DNA from: Amphiscolops sp. MND2022
Lineage: Eukaryota
Length of the DNA stretch: 64,000 bases
Assembly (NCBI GenBank): GCA_964187785.1
Contig: OZ076411.1
Span: forward strand, 42,470,001-42,534,000
Direction: 5' to 3'
Shown here: one piece after another, positions 13,578 through 25,874 of the stretch
Numbering within the stretch: the first letter of the stretch is position 1
How the letters are laid out: the number at the start of each line of letters is the position of its first letter
The notes under the pieces: generated by a model
Told to the model about the DNA's origin: nothing
The model's input: only the letters and a program-made list of their open reading frames with translations
Databases searched by the model: none
Made by a program: the position numbers and the translations under genes

Positions 13578-14005
13578 CAGTGTATTGTCGTATACTGAGT
13601 TCCTCTTATAACGTGTAATCGTATTATCGAAGGTTTCGTATATCGTAGTATTCGTATAATTTGCCCCTTATATCGTATAAAAGCATGGAGCACAATTTTT
13701 GAATCATTTTTCTATCGGAAAGTGTTAATTGCCTCAGGAAAGGGGATTGCAATAGTCCCCTTTCCGTATCCCGTATAGCCTATTTCCATTTTAGGATGCA
13801 TTTCATTCGACATTTATCACAAACATTTCATTTTTTCCAAAAACTTCCTTAGCCCGTTACGGCAAAATCGACTCAAAATAGCTGAAAAGCGATTCTCCGT
13901 ATAACTCGTATAATAATGGCATCTTCTTATAACATATTATTCGTATAACAAATTGTGGATTTCGTATAATTGTTCGTATACTCGTATATCTTGTACAATA
14001 CACTG
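13578..14005. mobile_element. hAT-type MITE
   Basis: Perfect 11-bp TIRs CAGTGTATTGT / ACAATACACTG; 8-bp TSD GTTCTAAT (13570-13577, 14006-14013); subterminal CGTATA repeats. Confidence 0.85.
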
Positions 14006-15779
14006 GTTCTAATTCATTGTCTTCTCTAGAGCTGTATTTCTAAAGCACTTTTGTCGATCGTATTTTGAAAAATTTAACGAGTTCTCATATTGGAACTTAA
14101 CTGAAGCTTTTTTTTGAGAAAGTATTTGCATGGCACCTACGTTAGTGGTATAAATTCGTGCAGTCATAAAATCGTGGCCATTTCCACATTCTTGCCGTCA
14201 CTTGCAATCAAAGTATCCCAAATGACATTATATCAATTAGGAAGACAAGATGATTTTTTAAAGATTGATTCAAACTTCATACGTTCCATTGAAAATTCAT
14301 GGAAATTTTGCATGCTGCAGGCGGAGAACTAGGTGCCAAATTTCCAGCCTGTTGAAAGTAGAATGATGGAAAATACAATTCTCCTGCTTTTAAACCCGAT
14401 CTAAATCAGTATAGGTTAAAAAAGGAGAGCCTTGACTTTAAAAAAGCAAATTTACGTCTTAGGTGGCTTAGGTTACAGCAATTGAAGTCATCTCAATTAC
14501 AGGAAATTGCTGACTAAAAATGGAATGCTCTGAATTGCTCAATTTTTGCCAATGTTTAACACAATGGCTCATTGCTCGTAACGATGAAAAGAGCTATTCT
14601 CTCTCTCATTATATGCTATCGCCACTGCTTGTGATTTGCTGACTTCCTGGGTAAATTGAATATAAATTACCGCGATTGTTACAAAGCCATAAAGTTTCCT
14701 GCCCGACCGTGTGCCGGGAATTATTCTGTGACGTCACAGATTTGCGGGAACATATCCCGTGGGATGGAAATTGTAAATGCAATTCCCTCTCATTAATTCC
14801 CTCTGAGGAGCCTCAGGTCAAATAAGTTCTAACGCACGTCGTATTCATTTTTTAATCAATCATTCTTTTCTCAACCAGCAGCCAAAAACTATTACATTAA
14901 TCCATCGCTCCATGCATGTCTTTTCGTGCGGTCTGCAAAAATGATGAAAAACTATTGATTATTCATAATCGCTCTAATGGACAAAAATAGTAGTCGCTAA
15001 TGTAGTATCTCTAACTTGGACCAGTCGTGTTCGAACGCGTTATGCAGTCATAAAAATCGTAAATATAGTGATCGCGTGTCAGGTGATCCAATGAAACTTA
15101 CCATGCTTGGTAGATGAAAAAACGTCATCTGAAAGTTTAGCTTTGAAGAATCTTGGAGTAAATGAAGTAGAATCCGTTAATTTTTATTCACTTGCTGAGG
15201 CATTTTGTGAGCCAAAGCTTTCTTGAGCGCTTGATAAAATTTTGCGATATGTCACACTGTGGTGTATTTTCCAAAATTGTTATTCGAAAAATTATATACA
15301 TGTATTTATTCAATTTATTATCTGTTTAATTATTGAGGTAATCATAGTTTTTAATTTGAAATATTTAAATTCTTGTTATCCTATTTTTCAGAAACACAAA
15401 GCAGCCCAAAATATCAAAAATAGCCAGTCATTTTACGCAGTAAGAAGGCAAGCGAATATTCGTTTTTACCGGAGTAATTGAGAACACTAAAAATCAAAAT
15501 GCAATGTGTATTTTTGAAACAAATTATGCATTGGAGACAAAATTGTTTCTGATAAGTATACTGATCGACTAAAATTTTCATCAGTTGGCTCAAATGTGCA
15601 AATTTGGGATAACGGAAACTATTTCTATCTATTTTTATTAACACAACACTTAAACGCATCGTTTCATCCTGCCAGAAAAAAATAATTTAAAAAACGAATG
15701 CCCAAAGGAAGAAATGATGGAAATTATTCCTGGAGTAAGTGATTTTCCTTTCTTTTTGTTCCAGAATAGCTTCACGGCA

Positions 15780-15890
15780 TCACGATTACGTCATGATCTA
15801 AAAATAAATGCACCTCATCATGGTGATGTCATGATAATAAATAGCAAATAGAATGACGTCAGAATTATGTCATGGCTTATAAAAAGGCCA
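15780..15890 (+). promoter_or_regulatory. Candidate BTG promoter: TATA box plus bZIP (CRE/ATF) sites
   Basis: TATAAAAA at 15878-15885; perfect CRE TGACGTCA at 15854-15861; TTACGTCA and TGATGTCA sites just upstream; candidate GT donor at 15974 and AG acceptor ending at 16363, upstream of the BTG ATG. Confidence 0.5.
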
Positions 15891-16679
15891 TAATATTACT
15901 TCATTTTCTCTGTCGATATTTTCTGAACTGCTGCCAAGAATGTTGCAAAAGTTGCGCTTGCATTAAATCCAATGTAAGCTGAAATTAGTCACAAAATTTT
16001 TTGATTTAAATACAGTCGACATCTTTTTAATTATCAAAAAATTGCCATGTGAGTGAAAAGCATGTTCATGTTTAATTTCATACCTCAGTATCTGTGATTC
16101 TGATTTTGAATCAAATGTCAAATTTGGCGAATAACTTTCGATATTTGAACGGAAATGGATCTACAATGACTTTTGGTGGATGCAAAAAATTACAAACTTT
16201 TTGTTTTTATTGAAGGTCATTTTCCAGGGGCCACTTATTTTGAGAATTTGGGCTGTCATTTCTGTTGACCGTATCTATTTGAAGGTAAATTATTTAGATT
16301 ACTCATTAAATAGTTTAAGAGCTTCTATCGATCTCAAATCAAGTTGACTTTTTCTTGTTTCAGATTCGAAGTCCGAGTATAGAAGGTAACTATTTGCTCC
16401 GATCGTGACATTTGCACAATTTGAAATCACATCACGAGTTTCAACTTATATTCATTTCACACATTCTGAAGGGAGTTGTCTCGGCTTATCATACTGAAGA
16501 AATTAGTCTCTGAGAAGAAGTCGAATTCCCGGTTTATCGTTGTTATACTAATTGATCAGCTTGAACCTTGAAACCCAAAGACCTCCGATAATTTCTATAG
16601 ACTCTTCACCAAGACAGACGTTCACATAATCTCAGTCAGGGTACAGTCAGACACCCAGACAACGTTAAGAAAGGGCAAA

Positions 16680-17558
16680 ATGTTAGAAGAAGTTTCAGCC
16701 GCCGTGCTATTTATAGCATGCATCTTAAAAAAGTCCAAGAAGGTATCAAATGAGACGCTGGACAAGTTCGTTGACCAACTGTGCAAAGATCTCCAGGACC
16801 GGTACCAACATCACTGGTTCACTGAGTTCCCGGAACGAGGAAGTGCTTACAGATGTATCCGCAATACAACCCGAGGGGGTCTCGACCCTAGAATCTGCAA
16901 AGCGGGCCAAGCCTGTGGAGTCTCCAAGTCCGTCCTCACTGACGCGATGCCCACTGAGTTCCTTCTTTGGGTCGATCCACAGGACGTGAGTTACAGAGTA
17001 GGAGAACACGGAACCTTCACCAGGTTAAACCGAGAGGAACTAGTCAAAGTGCACAATGAGCTAAGAGGCGTCAAGGCAATTTCCAAAGCACGAGAAGGCA
17101 AAAAGTCTTTAAGGTCTTCACCTATCACGATTAGATCACCACCAAACGAATCAAGAACCTCTCCGACCAACGACGAGTTACTGTCAGTCGGGGATGTAGA
17201 CATGACCGATTCGTCGTCCAATGAGACGTCGACTGACGGTGTGCAATCAAACACCCACAACAACAACAATTCCTCAAACTCGGAAAACAACAACAGCTCA
17301 TGGTTAACAAGCTCTACAGTGTTTCAAGAGTCCTTGAAACTGTTCGACAATATCCAACCTCCCACCATTACTGCTGCATCCGACTTCGAAATGGCATTCC
17401 GCATCACAGAGGCAATGAACACCGCGGCTGCCTGGAACAATGTCAACCAGCTAAGCCTCTCCATGGGAAACTTCTGGCCACAAAACGGTTTCAGTGATTT
17501 TGTCATGCCCCAAAGCTTCACCAACAGCATGAACCCTCCTGTTTATGCGCTCAATTAA
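16680..17558 (+). CDS. BTG: BTG/Tob (APRO) family antiproliferative protein, closest in motif to BTG1/2, 292 aa, single coding exon
   Basis: N-terminal EVSAAVLFI, Box A YQHHWFTEFPERGSAYRCIRN, Box B PTEFLLWVDPQDVSYRVGE, followed by a low-complexity S/N-rich tail. Confidence 0.93.
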   Translation: MLEEVSAAVLFIACILKKSKKVSNETLDKFVDQLCKDLQDRYQHHWFTEFPERGSAYRCIRNTTRGGLDPRICKAGQACGVSKSVLTDAMPTEFLLWVDPQDVSYRVGEHGTFTRLNREELVKVHNELRGVKAISKAREGKKSLRSSPITIRSPPNESRTSPTNDELLSVGDVDMTDSSSNETSTDGVQSNTHNNNNSSNSENNNSSWLTSSTVFQESLKLFDNIQPPTITAASDFEMAFRITEAMNTAAAWNNVNQLSLSMGNFWPQNGFSDFVMPQSFTNSMNPPVYALN

Positions 17559-18624
17559 CAAACTACGTGTACCTTGAATTTTCATCTCAACTACTCGACT
17601 TCTAAACTACATACTGCTGATGATCATGTCAACAAACAAACCCCAAACCCGAAGCTTTTGTGTCCTTTGGGGGTCCAAAGCAATCAACTATCAATCAAAC
17701 GTGGGCCGTTCCGGTCGGCACATTGTAGACTCAAACAAACTCTTAATTGAGAGACTAATAAACTGATGACCACATCTGAGTGTTAAAAAAGTAACTTCGT
17801 ACTATACTCCCGAAGTTCCTAAACCTATTATGCCCCATATAATATCTACTTTTGCATGGATCAGCTTTAGAAAAGTCGTTCTTTTGTCTGTACCCAACCC
17901 AAATTCAAACCCAAGACCCCTTCAATGTTTCTACCCCCTTAAATGCGATGGGCTAGCAAATGTCATTAATTGGTGCTGTCCATGACCCCTCATTCTAGTA
18001 CCAAAAAACCCGCTCCTTTTCCTTAACTCAACATTTCAACATTTAACTTGGAACTTTCCTGTCAACATTGGGTGCAATTTTAGCTTAGTGTAGAACCTTT
18101 GAATTATATTTTCGTTCTTTGATGTTAGATGTTAATTAAACCGTCTACAGGTGCTTCTCAGTAACATTCAGAGCTTCATTATCGACTCCAAGTGCAAGTA
18201 AAGTACTTTACTTTGCAAATATAATATCTATATTTTAGTTGATAAGCGGGCGCTGGGTTTTGAAGCTCAGCCCCTTTCATCTTCTTGTGTGCGTTCGTTG
18301 CTGTGAGACTCTTGTGACATACCCCACGGCTCCTTTCCACAGGACCCAAGGTCTTGACCCGGAATACTGCCCAGGGTCACGGATGACTCATAATGACATG
18401 AACTGACCTATGACTCATTATAACTGTTGTACTGCAGTCTAAATTGTGCCGCCCCACAATCTATCGTTTCAAGGCCATCCAACTTTTCTCTCTATTTTAA
18501 ACTGTAAATTTTCTGTGTAATTTTCTGATGACACTGCTTATATATTATTAGTGTTGACTTTCATAGTCTGAACACAATATTTTGAACTGCTATCTCATTT
18601 CCAAGCTAAATTATTCACGAAAAG

Positions 18625-18630
18625 AATAAA
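18625..18630 (+). terminator. Candidate polyadenylation signal of the BTG mRNA (an alternative AATAAA lies at 17757-17762)
   Basis: AATAAA downstream of the BTG stop codon; motif only. Confidence 0.35.
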
Positions 18631-20099
18631 GATTGGATCGGAAATCTTTGGTAGGGTTTGTTGTAAAAAGACATTAAATATGAAAAGTTCTGCAGCTGGC
18701 ATGCAGTAAAAGTTCATTCAGGTATGACATAGAGCTTAGTATGTGGTATAATAGCATGTTGAGGAATCACAATTCGAATCTCAAGCCTTAGATTCTTGTT
18801 TTAGGAAGATTTATTTTGATACATGCAAAACTGCAATGTTAGAAAATGACATTATCATTTTATAAAACGTCTACCAAAGAGGGTTCAGAAAGCAGAAACC
18901 AGAGTTAAAACGGAGAGTTATAGTCTTTCAAATCCAATTCAAATAATCTCAAAAGCAGCGTTTGCTACGGCATTGTTAAGCAAAAACTACATTCCAAAAT
19001 ATGCTAAAACCATCTTACAAAAACCCGATTACCAAAAAGTTGAAATCATCAGTAAAAATATTCAACAAACGCACAAAATCGGTACTAAAGAACAATACGT
19101 TTTTAAAAATACATATCTTCTTGAACGTCTGTAAAATTGAGTATATTCTATCTTCAGCCTGTTACCAACAATAGCTAAGAACTCGAAAGAGAAAGAGGAA
19201 AAACTTATAAGACTTAGACTACTGTCTCGCCAAACTGGGACATTCTAGAATTATAAACTATTAATTCTGCCACGGAACCTATATTTATTGACTAATCACA
19301 GAACACTTTGACTGTGCCACTGTTTGAAATACAATATATCAATTAGATGAAGTCTCCAATGAAATAGAGCTAGACACTATTTTCGTTCTGAACTTTTTTC
19401 TCAGGACTGTAAAGCTCATTCGGAAACCGCTCAAAAACCATCGAATTGGGGTCTAGCCGCAAGATTTTGGAGACTTTTCACGAGCTCCTTGATACCATTG
19501 GCCACGCTCTAAAAGTTCAGAATCACCCGGCCAAACGAATCATTGGAAAGATCTAGAAATGAACATATCTTACTATTAGTTGTGTTTTCAATCAAAACAA
19601 GCCGCCCTCTGAGTACCGGGATGTTTGTTGCGATTGAGAGATTAATTTTTCTCTACCATTTGAAATGCCAATTTCTTCATTTTTTTTACCAGAGTCCGCC
19701 ATCCCTAACGATCAAGGTTCTGTCGGAAAAAACGTTGTCGGACGGTCTGTTAATCCACGAAGTTTTCTGTGAAACTTATAATATTTGCATTTTTCTCACA
19801 ATTTTCAGAAACGAGAATTTTTCAAGAATCTGAACTGGATTAAATCAAGCGAGTGTCTATAAAATGAGATCCAAAAAATTCACATGGAAATGGTAAAAAT
19901 ATAGTAGAAGTAATAATGAGTGGTGGATGAACCTATTTTGCATTATAATTGGACATCTTTTCTCTTCTCCACAATCAGAGGTTCCCCCAAGAAGAGTTTC
20001 CGGAACTAGAATCTTGAAAACAATTTTCTCTTGTGACCCAGTGCTGTCTAAGATTTCACAAGCTCATAAGTTATAAAAGTAAAGCGCATGTTAGTATTG

Positions 20100-21130
20100 T
20101 AAATAGTATGATAACTTTAGGATACAGTAAAAACGAATTATAATTAGAAAGTTGTCAGAGTACCTCAATAACTGCAATCATTGATTACCATCATGGGGAA
20201 TATTAAAGACAGTTTCTTGTCGCACACTGTCACTTATCGCTCAAATGGGAAGCTTTTCCACGTTCCTTTCCCAAAAGGTCCGATATCTTTATCCTTTATG
20301 AACAGTATTCTTCAAACTTAAAGGTTGCAGTGTAACTTCCCTAGGGACAACTTGGAAAAGACTTCAATGTTGGTTTCCTTGAGGAAGCCTAGTGATAAGG
20401 TAGTTGTCCTTTCTTTATGCAACTCTCGTTTAACTTACGGAGTGCTATGAGACTTTGCCTGATTTGACTTCTTAAAACGTAATGACTGCGAGCGATACCA
20501 AACAGGTTTCTTCAAACAGTTTCCAATCTTTCTGGATGTCTGATTTTGATTAGTCTATTCAGTTTGTGTTTCATGTCGTCTTGTAGATTGTACGGTATTG
20601 CTCGTGCTTTTTATTGTATTGGGTAGGTATCATCCGTTTTATTTGTATTTTTACTTCGATATTTTTGAATGTTCGCTTCGTTTCAAACAGTTTCCGGAAT
20701 TTTCTGTAAATGGTTCCTGATTGGTCCCTTTCTTTGTCGAAAAAAATTTTTGATGGTGATTGGTAGGTATCTTCCAGTTCTTTCCCAGTAAAAGTGTGAC
20801 ACCACTTCTTTTTGTAATCAGTAGAGATAGTTTAAGTGATATGTTGTCATTTTCCGTTTCTCACCTCACTTTTCTCAACCAATTGATTTCGTTTTTGTTC
20901 ACATCTTGGAGTCTTTTCCAAAGTGGTTGGATATCTTCTACGTTTTATAGTTTTGGGTTGTTTGGCATGATAGTAACCGGAGAACCGGTGTCAATGATAA
21001 GTTTTGGTTTTTTCTCCTATTTTTTATGTCGACTCTCGTAGCGATTGTCGTTGTCCGAAATATTCTGTTCATCTCTGTGATATGGCGGAATTCTTCTCGC
21101 CATGTTAAGATCTCTAAATCTAGGTTGAAA
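20100..21130 (-). pseudogene. Degenerate Gypsy-like pol fragment (protease and RT start)
   Basis: Minus strand LIIDTGSPVTIMP (about 20966-21002) and QDVNKNEI, plus a decayed CLVSLAVIT..VKSGK RT motif (about 20450-20515); many stops. Confidence 0.65.
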
Positions 21131-22079
21131 CCAGATCTACGTTACAATTTCTTGAACTCATTTCTATTGTTTAAATCACAATACTGAAAAGTGTATATCT
21201 AACAACATCATAAATGGACAGTGTAAGTTTGGTAATTAGAGTGCTAATTAGATTTTGTTAACCAACTAGTCTGTGCCTGTGACTCTTTATGTTAGGTCAT
21301 GCAATGTGACCTTTGAATTCCACAATGATGTTCAAAAACACAACTTAGACTGGTAAAGTTGCTCAGTATCAACGTGAGCCGTTTTAGCACGTTTTTCAAA
21401 CAGTTTTGTTCATCCGGAGCATGTAAACGTTTCATTTAGAGCGGAACCGAACCCAATTGTGCGGAGGAACTCAATCACAACGACGAGAAAATCAGGCGAA
21501 ACCTACAAGCGTAGTGGAAACTACTTTCCACCATTCTACTAGCATTTCTAAAACATATTGGCAGAAACTGCAGAAGAAAAACAAAAGTTCGTCGGCTGAA
21601 AGAGATTGTTCCTTGAGAAGGAGAAAAAACTTTAAATGTTTTTTGTACCATTGCGATAGTGTTTTGTGGACCATTGAGGACCAATTAGAAGTCAAAGTTA
21701 ACCAGAGCATTGTACAGGTGTCCCAAAAAGCGTGAAAAACGAACGTCAGCCATAAACAAACAAATTAGTGGCGAAAGATGAACCAAATTGATGAATTGTT
21801 GGAAACCGGATGCCATTTTTCATGATTGGTTTCATTTTGACCACAAGTGTTCGAAGCGAATAAGCTCTGGCCGTCACGTTCGTGGCCGCGTTTCGTGTAT
21901 CTGATGCGCTCAGCAACTGCCATATTGTTTTGACAACGTCCAAAAGTTCGTTTAGGCTCTTCGGCTTGAACAGCACGTAGGTTTGTCTGAGTTGTCATCA
22001 TAAAGCTAGTCAGGCATTCGTTTTAGTAGCAACATTCCTATTGTTTTGAGTAACCTGAGAAAATGTAGAGAACATGAAC

Positions 22080-23141
22080 GAACAAGACGGGATCGTCTAA
22101 AGCAGGCGCTACATCAAAGGATCAAAAAGCGCAAAGTTTCAAAAACACGCCCGGACGTATTTATTTAAAAGCTCAGAAAACAGTTTCGAGACACCCGAAG
22201 GGTGCCTTTCATGCTCGATAAGAATCACACATATACCTGCTAATTATTTATCTGCTAATCGAGATAGTAAATACCTGCTAATAGTAAAAGTTATTATTTG
22301 CTGAAGGCATAGCTCTGGTAAATACATGCAAATATTTACAGAACTTCTTTAATAAGAAACGTTTGCATATTTGTTGTATGGCTCGGTCGCTTCGATTCCT
22401 TCGCCAAGTAGCAACATTGAGGCATGGCCATAGGGCACGTCGCTCCACTTCGCTTCGCTCTTGCATTCAGTGCACTAGGGGTATGTGAACATAGCTGACT
22501 ACGTTATAATAATCATTCCGACAAAATCTGACACGTGTTTTCAGCTTAGTGAATTCAATTCGCATATATTCTTGCGTTAGCAGGTATTTACTATCAATGT
22601 TAGCAGGTATTTACTAAGAGTATTATTAGCAGATATATACTGTTCATTTTATTAGCAGCTAAATATTTAGCAGGTATATGCTTCCCCCCTCGATAAGACT
22701 TGGAAACAACTTTTCCCCAACTGGGAATTAAAAACAAAACATTTTTTTTAAAAAAATAGTTTCGATTTTTTTTTCGGAAAATGTCGCATAGTGCAGAAAA
22801 ATGCAAAAGGGACTGTAAAAGTGCAGGGACCCTCTGGGATTTATTAACATACGTTCTGTTGCAAAATATCAAAAGACTCGACGGGAACCTTTTGAAGGTG
22901 CCGAAAAAAGATCCAAGGAGGGACTTTTTAGTTTCGTCCAGTTTTGTAGATTACGTTAAAAAAGTAAAAAATGAAAGGGGGACCCTTTCCACTAAGTTGC
23001 CTTGGCCGGACTAGGTCTGAGTAATTTTAGTAGTTTCTGTAAAAATGTGGATCGATCGGTGTGAGATCTGTCATCCGAAGAAAAAAGGTCACTGCAAGAG
23101 TTAGGCATTTTTCCTCAAAAGAAAAAAGCGCCGACTAAAAA
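22080..23141 (+). mobile_element. GTCGGCGC/GCGCCGAC-family repeat copy interrupted by a foldback MITE
   Basis: AACAAG start, shared GGTGCCTTTCATGCTCGATAAG segment, GCGCCGACTAAAAA end. Confidence 0.5.
22223..22688. mobile_element. Foldback-type MITE with TACCTGCTAAT arms and core Y (reverse orientation)
   Basis: CTCGATAAG duplicated at 22214-22222 and 22689-22697; arm repeats inverted; core matches about 1255-1390. Confidence 0.7.
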
Positions 23142-23426
23142 CACATCTTGAAAAGGTGAAAACATCTCACCAGTTCTAACAATTTTATTAAACACTGTGA
23201 CGGACTAAAGGGGACCCAAGAACACAAACTTTCGTTTAAAAAGATGTGAGTTGCTGCAAAAGTTTTGCAGCGGCAGTAGCTTTTGAATCAATGTCTTCAC
23301 TACGCTCAAGAAATGCCACATACTTCAAATGAGATCCTATTTACCTTTGTTTCAAACAGGGTCCATTTTTGCCCAACGCTTTCAAGTTGCATGTTGTAAA
23401 AAATGACTGTTTATAGTCAAGTAATT

Positions 23427-25874
23427 TCGCAGTTTTGTCGAAATACATATACAAAGTTTCAATAACTTCACGAGTTCTATAAGCAATGGAATTTCAAAAC
23501 CTCTCTGAGAACTTCTTTGATATGGAGCCACTGTATCTTTAAGCATATTTCAAAGTTTGGAGCAAATGTAAAACGTATTGGAGCAATTGGACTTATTCAG
23601 AACTTTTGTCGGTAACAAGCCTAAAGCATTGTTCAGAAACTATTTCTTGATGTTCTATGCGCCCATACATGATGTTCTAAGGCATCATAATCCATAGTTT
23701 ACTATATTGTTTTTCGATGTAAAGTAGTTGAAAAACCTAAATGATTGTTTTTTTTAAATCGGAAACTTACCAGTCAGTTTTAGTTTGAGAACACAAGGTG
23801 TGTGGGGTTGGTAGCTAACACGCTTTTTAATAGAAACTGCCATGAAATAACAGAAAAAAGATCTTACTGCTTTGCTGGTTTCAAATAATGATAACAGCCA
23901 TCAGATTCCACTCAAACTGTTGTATTTTTCTTTTGAAACCATATAGTTTAAAATTGACAATTTACCTAATTTCAGCTGCGAGAGTGGAAAATGGGGCTCA
24001 GGAAGATTATTCTTTTTCCTGGTCTTTATTGATTTTAATTTGATTATCTTGAAAACTCTCCAACAAAAGATACTGGTTCAGGCAAAAATTCGTTTCAAAA
24101 TTTGTTTGAAGTCATGAAAAGAGCTCTCAATTCACGGTCACGGGAGTACATTCTATCTCAGAAGGTACCGAAAAACAATTTGAGACCCGGTCAAACGGAA
24201 AACATTAAGATGCTCTACAATTTTATTACTTTTTTTTCAGTGTAGTTTTTGAATAAATTTTTGCCGATTATCACAACACCTTTCCTTTGTTCATTTCTTG
24301 TGCTCATGTAGCAGGAAGTTGTCTTCTGAAAATATAAATTTTGGAATAGAGTCTCATTTCGTCAAAAAATGAATTCTTTGTCCATTCTTTTTAAGCATTA
24401 CTGCCCATTCGTGATACAATTTCCAGCCTTTACCATAAGCCACCGAGTATCTAATGCCAAGTCAAAACGTTGTAGCAAAATAAATCAACAAATGCTAGAA
24501 GGCAAATTACTTCCTCATAGTGATGGCGTTTCTTTCCATTGCCGTTTTTGAAGATGAAATCTTTGAACGTAGAAAAAAATTTGATTGTCAACTTCTTACG
24601 TACTCAATGTGTTTTCCCCTAGTGACGCCAGCAAGTGATGAAAGTAACACCATCACTGTGGTGAAATGGGATGAAAAAATTGAGATAATCAGAAAACCTA
24701 GGAAGACCATCTTTTTACGCTCTGAAACAGGCCTTGAACATGCTAAAATTGAAAAAAAACTGTTTTTATTGTTTTTCAATCTCTCTTTGGCTTCGCTGAA
24801 AAGCAGTATACTACGAGTGCAACGCTGAGATCCAATAATGCTCACCCGTTCATATCATGGAAAAATTTCAAAGAATTTTTTCAACAACCCTTCTACGAGC
24901 CAATACCGCGATCGGAAAATTTCATTTGTCGACCAACGAGACTTTGTTTTAACGAGAAAAGTCTTTTAAAAACTTTTTCCGACTGTGATTCCGAGCCTAT
25001 ATTTTGGTCCCATGAGCTCGAAGCGTTTCGAGTGTGAGGGGTAAGATTGGTCAACGGTGCATGATAAGTCCGTAGGGTATTTTTTTTCAAATCGAAAACA
25101 AGCTCATTCAAAAACAGACCCGTTCCTGACAATTTAGTTAAAATAATCAAAATACATCTTCAGAAAGCATTTGTGACCAAAAATGTAAAAACAAAACACT
25201 CACAGGGAATAACCCTGCCCAAACTTCTCACGATTCATTCATCTAAGCCATGTTCTTAGGAACTAAAAAACATCACAATAGTTTTCAAAAAAAGAAAGTT
25301 TTTTGTGGAGAAAAAATTAACGTTAGAAATGAAATTGTATTCGGATTTTACTGCTGTAAAAAGACTTCACACATATTTTTATCAAATGGAAGTCAAGCTT
25401 TTTGGGGTTCTCGTCAAAAATCTCGGCACTGATGGCATGTATCGAACAAATGTTTGAAGACATCTTTAGACGAAAAATTTTGTGAACAGTATTTTCGCAA
25501 GAATTCTCACAAAAATAGTTACTATTCGTAATTTTAAAACATGGGAGAATGGGGAAAATCAGTTTTCACCCAATGTTTTAGAAGCTTGTGAAGCTATAAC
25601 CTGTGGGATAGAAACAGACCAACCAGAGGAGTATTCTCAAACTGAAATTATTTGCTTCATTTTGACCAAAAATTGTCACCAGAATATCGCAGTTTTGTCG
25701 AAATACATATACAAAGTTTCAATAACTTCACGAGTTCTATAAGCAATGGAATTTCAAAACCTCTCTGAGAACTTCTTTGATATGGAGCCACTGTATCTTT
25801 AAGCATATTTCAAAGTTTGGAGCAAATGTAAAACGTATTGGAGCAATTGGACTTATTCAGAACTTTTGTCGGTA
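23427..25874. repeat. 188-bp identical direct repeat (23427-23614 and 25687-25874)
   Basis: No mismatch found on reading the two copies side by side. Confidence 0.85.

Noticed and set aside
16746-17530. Several overlapping ORFs on both strands within BTG
   Set aside because: Shadow frames of the real CDS, with no motifs.
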